DNA from: Nitrosopumilales archaeon
GTDB lineage: Archaea > Thermoproteota > Nitrososphaeria > Nitrososphaerales > Nitrososphaeraceae
DNA: 64,000 nucleotides
Direction: 5' to 3'
NCBI GenBank assembly: GCA_044507735.1
Contig: JBIQJB010000007.1
Span: forward strand, 18,873-82,872
In this document: positions 60,393 through 64,000 of the stretch, piece by piece
Layout of the letters: each line of letters starts with the position of its first letter
Numbering within the stretch: the first letter of the stretch is position 1
Position numbers and translations under genes: made by a program
Notes under the pieces: model-generated
Seen by the model: the letters and a program-made list of their open reading frames with translations, nothing else
The model's database searches: none
Told to the model about the DNA's origin: nothing

Positions 60393-61124
60393 TTATCCTA
60401 CATGTGTGTTGTTTGACAGTGATCGCTCGTGCACTGCTACTCCGTAAATTGGCTGGCCGGAGAAGATCTCGTCAAGCTCGGGTTCTCCAAGACTTATGGA
60501 CAAGTTCTTGCCATTTACTAATAATATCGACACCGCGACGCTCTTCCATGATTGGTTCTGACTGCTCTCTGATACGTCCACTGTCCCGCCGAGCACCACG
60601 TGACTGTTTACCAGCTGGAATGTATTCATTGTAAAGTTGTCAATCCTGTAGTGGATACCCCCGGTCCCATTAAAGTCTGCATCAAATGATGCATTGTTGA
60701 TGCTGCGGACTTGGAGCGACCAGTTTCCAAAAAATGTCTGCTCGATCTGACCATTGCTCAAGTTAAAATGGGCACTTGCAATATTGCCCGAAAGCCGCAT
60801 GTCAGCCACTCTGCTTCCTCCGACCCCTGTATTGTTTGTGACAGACGCGATCAAATTATCTATGCGTTCCCTGATGCCGCCTACGCTGGCGCTGTTTTGT
60901 GCCGGATCGTTGTTGCTATCGATTATGACACTCATCCCCCGGCTGTCATTCTGACCGCTAGTTCGCTGACTAGTGATTATAGTTGTAGTTGTAGAATTGG
61001 TTGTTACCTCTTCCCTCTCTTCCAATAACGCTGCACTTGATGAAAGGGGAGGGAAGACCAGCAAAGCGCCAGCAACAACGACAGACAAACTGAAAGCACC
61101 TGCTACTATGTCATACCCGCGCAT
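60393..61124 (-). CDS. Secreted beta-rich protein; distant paralogue of 58438..59253
   Basis: Signal/TM; LSGNIAS, GNWSL, FDADF, GTVDV, QPIYG. Confidence 0.72.
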   Translation of the reverse strand: MRGYDIVAGAFSLSVVVAGALLVFPPLSSSAALLEEREEVTTNSTTTTIITSQRTSGQNDSRGMSVIIDSNNDPAQNSASVGGIRERIDNLIASVTNNTGVGGSRVADMRLSGNIASAHFNLSNGQIEQTFFGNWSLQVRSINNASFDADFNGTGGIHYRIDNFTMNTFQLVNSHVVLGGTVDVSESSQNQSWKSVAVSILLVNGKNLSISLGEPELDEIFSGQPIYGVAVHERSLSNNTHVG

Positions 61125-61342
61125 GGTAATGCAATTTCGCTTCCTGTGCGTTTATGTGTTCTCTTCTCTTAATCTGTACTCCCTCATCCTATCTTGGATT
61201 GAAAATGGATCTTAAGAATTAGTAGTTGGTTGCCGTGATTGGTTTTGTTTCCCGAATTGTTTTTTCATAAAAAAAACATTGGGTAGGCAAACTAGATTAC
61301 AGTAGTGGATGTCATAAAAACGATAAATGTGCGAATCCGGCG

Positions 61343-63406
61343 ATGGATATTCGTAATTCGGCCGGAGCGGACGGTAGTGACGACGCACGCTCAAGAAGAC
61401 GTTCAAGCGTCATTTCGCTGCTAGCGGTCACATTGCTCTCTTCGATAATTCTCGGAGGGCTTTTTGTAGCGACACAACAGCCGCTGTACGCACAGACCGA
61501 AGAGACAGAACAGATGATTGCACAAATTGCCGAACAAGTTGCAGATGCTCAAGGTAGCGATGAGGCAGACATCGAGCAGGTTCTCCAACAGATCGCTTCA
61601 CAGGTAGCGGAGAACTCGGACGACGAGACGGCCGAGCAGACCATAACTCAGCTGGCACAACAAGCTGCTGAAGGTGGCAACGTCTCACAGGCGATAGCAC
61701 AGATCGCAGAACAAGCTGCTGAAGGAGGTGACGAAGCTGAACAGGCCATCACGCAAATAGCGGATCAAGCTGCTGAAGGAGAGGACATTTCCCAAGCCAT
61801 AGTCCAGTATGCGGGTCAAATTGCAGGAACAGAAGAAGAAGGATCTGAACCTAATGGTCCGCCCGCAGATGAAACGACTGATGGTGGTACGGAAGACAAT
61901 GCTACAGGCACAGAGCCGGGGAACGTAACTGACACAGGGCCCAATGAGAATGTCACCGACGGCCAGCCAGAGAATGTAACGGGCACCACCGCTGGTGAAG
62001 GTGTTGAACAGCAAATCATCCAGGTGGCACAACAGGTGGCCAACGCGACAGGTGCGGACGAAGGAGTGGTCGAACAAGTCATACAGCAGATTGCAGTCCA
62101 AACTGCAGAAGCTGGCGGAAATTCCTCTCAGGTCATTGAGCAAATAGCGCAGCAGATTGCAGAGACGCCTAGTGGTCCCGTTTCACAATCAATAGCCCAG
62201 ATAGCAGAACAGCAGGCCGCTGGAAACAGCACTGCAGTAGATCAGGCAGTTACGCAGATCGCAGAGCAGGTAGCAACCGCCCCGCCGACGGCAGGTCAGA
62301 CCATAATCTACCAGACAATAGTTCAAGTCGCAGTCCAGATAGCGATAGGCCAAAACATCAACCAAGAGATCACACAGGTTGCCCAGCAGGTGGCAGGGCA
62401 GACAGGTGCCGATCAGCAATCTATAGAGCAGGTTCTCCAGCAGCTCGCAATTCAGACTGCAGGGGAAGGAGGAAATGTTGAACAGGCAATCGCTCAGATC
62501 GCAGAACAGGCCGCGCAAGGAGGTGCCGTTTCACAATCAATAGCCCAGATAGCAGAACAGCATGCAGGTGGCCAGTCGAAGGAGGTAGCCCAAGATGTAA
62601 TCCAGATTGCAGAACAGGCCGCGCAGGGCACAGACGTCTCGCAGGCGATATCCCAAGCTGCCGAACAGCGGGCAACAACGACGACACAACCAACAGCAAC
62701 AACTGACATCAACCAGCAAATAACGCAGATTGCAAAGCAGGTGGCAGTGGCAGTGGCGGAGCAGACAGAAGGATCAGCAGAATATAGCAAGGTAGAGCAG
62801 GTCATACAACAGATTGCGTTACAGGTGGCTGCAAGCGGCGGTACCGGTCAGGACATCAACCAAGTCGTACAACAGATTGCTTCGCAGGTGGCCGATAATC
62901 CGCGCGGAGTCGTATCACAATCCATAGTCCAACTTGCAATGCAGCAAGCAAGCGGCAAGAACATCAACCAAGCAATAGTCCAGGTAGCGCAGCAGGTTGC
63001 AGCTGGCGAGAACATCAACCAAGCAATAACCCAAGTGGCCGTGCAAGAGTCAGCGGGCAGAGGAGCGGAGCAGAGGATCACACAGGTTGCCCAGCAGGTG
63101 GCAGAACAGACCGGATATGATGATCCGCAATCAATAGAGCAAATAATAGGTCAGATCGCGATTCAGGTAGCCGGAGAAGGCGGAGACGCAGAACAAGCGA
63201 TAACCCAGCTTGCACAGCAGGCCGCACGAGGAGGAGAGGTTGCCCAGGCTATAACCCAGCTTGCACAGCAGGAAGCCGCAGGTGCTGGTAGCGACGTAGC
63301 CCAAGACATCACTCAAGTGGCAGAGCAGGTGGCTGAAGGGGAAGACGTGGCTCAAGCAATAACCCAGGCTGCAAGCCAAACAGCTGGTCAAGTACCCCCA
63401 CGATAA
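61343..63406 (+). CDS. Secreted Gln/Ala-rich repeat protein
   Basis: Signal peptide ending LYAQ; dozens of (I/V)xQ(I/V/L)AxQxA units; almost no aromatic residues or Cys. Confidence 0.85.
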   Translation: MDIRNSAGADGSDDARSRRRSSVISLLAVTLLSSIILGGLFVATQQPLYAQTEETEQMIAQIAEQVADAQGSDEADIEQVLQQIASQVAENSDDETAEQTITQLAQQAAEGGNVSQAIAQIAEQAAEGGDEAEQAITQIADQAAEGEDISQAIVQYAGQIAGTEEEGSEPNGPPADETTDGGTEDNATGTEPGNVTDTGPNENVTDGQPENVTGTTAGEGVEQQIIQVAQQVANATGADEGVVEQVIQQIAVQTAEAGGNSSQVIEQIAQQIAETPSGPVSQSIAQIAEQQAAGNSTAVDQAVTQIAEQVATAPPTAGQTIIYQTIVQVAVQIAIGQNINQEITQVAQQVAGQTGADQQSIEQVLQQLAIQTAGEGGNVEQAIAQIAEQAAQGGAVSQSIAQIAEQHAGGQSKEVAQDVIQIAEQAAQGTDVSQAISQAAEQRATTTTQPTATTDINQQITQIAKQVAVAVAEQTEGSAEYSKVEQVIQQIALQVAASGGTGQDINQVVQQIASQVADNPRGVVSQSIVQLAMQQASGKNINQAIVQVAQQVAAGENINQAITQVAVQESAGRGAEQRITQVAQQVAEQTGYDDPQSIEQIIGQIAIQVAGEGGDAEQAITQLAQQAARGGEVAQAITQLAQQEAAGAGSDVAQDITQVAEQVAEGEDVAQAITQAASQTAGQVPPR
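62178..62562 (+). repeat. Exact intragenic DNA repeats in the Gln/Ala-rich gene
   Basis: 37-nt CCGTTTCACAATCAATAGCCCAGATAGCAGAACAGCA at 62178 and 62526; 29-nt GATCACACAGGTTGCCCAGCAGGTGGCAG at 62368 and 63076. Confidence 0.85.
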
Positions 63407-63589
63407 TCATCTTCGCCACAGTAGCATATAATGACATAAGGACTGCATCAATGGAGAAGTAGGAGAAGAAGACAATAAGGTGCCGATGATTAGAGAGGCG
63501 TATATATGCATCTCGTCATCCGCCTTTTCTTTTTGTTGTTTTTTGTTAAACTCTATAAGCATCTGTATCAAGAAGATATAGAGTAACAG

Positions 63590-63964
63590 ATGGACCTCGA
63601 ACAGCTTTGCGGCAAAGTGTTTATGCTCAATGACGACATCCGGTACGCTGGAGTTATCGATAGCACTGGCACTCTAATAGCAGGGGGAATGCGCAAGGGC
63701 ATCGATTCGATAGTTTCCGAAAATGATGAAGAGCTATTCCTCACCCAGACTGCACTCCGCAAGTCAATGAGAGAGCGCTTTGATCAGGCCATGGGGAGAG
63801 CAAGATTTGCCTATGTCGAGCGAGAAAAAGTATCAGTCCTTACCTTTTACATGGACGACAAGACATTGCTAGTCACGCTTGAGCCAAACGTAGAATCGCA
63901 TACTGCAATGGATATAGCTGAAGCCACGCTAGATTTGATAAACGGCGACACACCTAACACATAG
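63590..63964 (+). CDS. DUF6659/roadblock-LC7-like protein
   Basis: DIRYAGVID..G.LIAGG.RKG, LRKSMRE.FD..MG, YVEREKV. Confidence 0.78.
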   Translation: MDLEQLCGKVFMLNDDIRYAGVIDSTGTLIAGGMRKGIDSIVSENDEELFLTQTALRKSMRERFDQAMGRARFAYVEREKVSVLTFYMDDKTLLVTLEPNVESHTAMDIAEATLDLINGDTPNT

Positions 63965-64000
63965 TTAAATACGACACGTGTCTAAAGATAGGCAATGGGA

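Noticed and set aside
61500-63400. CRISPR-like or mobile repeat array
   Set aside because: Repeats are in-frame coding repeats without a regular repeat-spacer period; no cas genes in the window

Overview
Archaeal genomic window, inferred to come from a soil ammonia-oxidising archaeon (Nitrososphaeraceae-like). The inference rests on eIF6, GTP cyclohydrolase III, a Rib7-type reductase, a COG1361 surface protein, DUF6659-like proteins and many small Zn-ribbon ORFs. Housekeeping genes include CBS-TrkH, eIF6, CinA-like, ilvE, aspartokinase, M32 carboxypeptidase, glyA, an HDAC-family deacetylase, riboflavin genes, proline catabolism and IMPase/FBPase. Two accessory regions stand out. (1) A ~9 kb island sits between riboflavin synthase and ribB. 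It carries a decayed DDE transposase, an SPFH gene bracketed by two pairs of direct repeats (one pair tRNA-3'-end-like) and two DUF4157 (eCIS-core) proteins with unrelated C-terminal payloads. One payload looks like a peptidoglycan-binding domain plus an HExxH metallopeptidase and is followed by an Ig-fold inhibitor-like gene, making a candidate archaeal anti-bacterial toxin/immunity locus. (2) A ~12.5 kb cluster (50.9-63.4 kb) holds a hyaluronan-synthase-like GT2, a nucleotide-sugar dehydrogenase, a PIG-L de-N-acetylase, an AlgG-like C5-epimerase-type beta-helix, a CBM32-fused secreted protein, a GlmU-like protein and a Gln/Ala-repeat secreted protein, making a candidate pathway for a uronic-acid (glycosaminoglycan- or alginate-like) matrix. 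No CRISPR array, rRNA or complete tRNA was seen. All family calls are by-eye motif recognition; no database searches were run.
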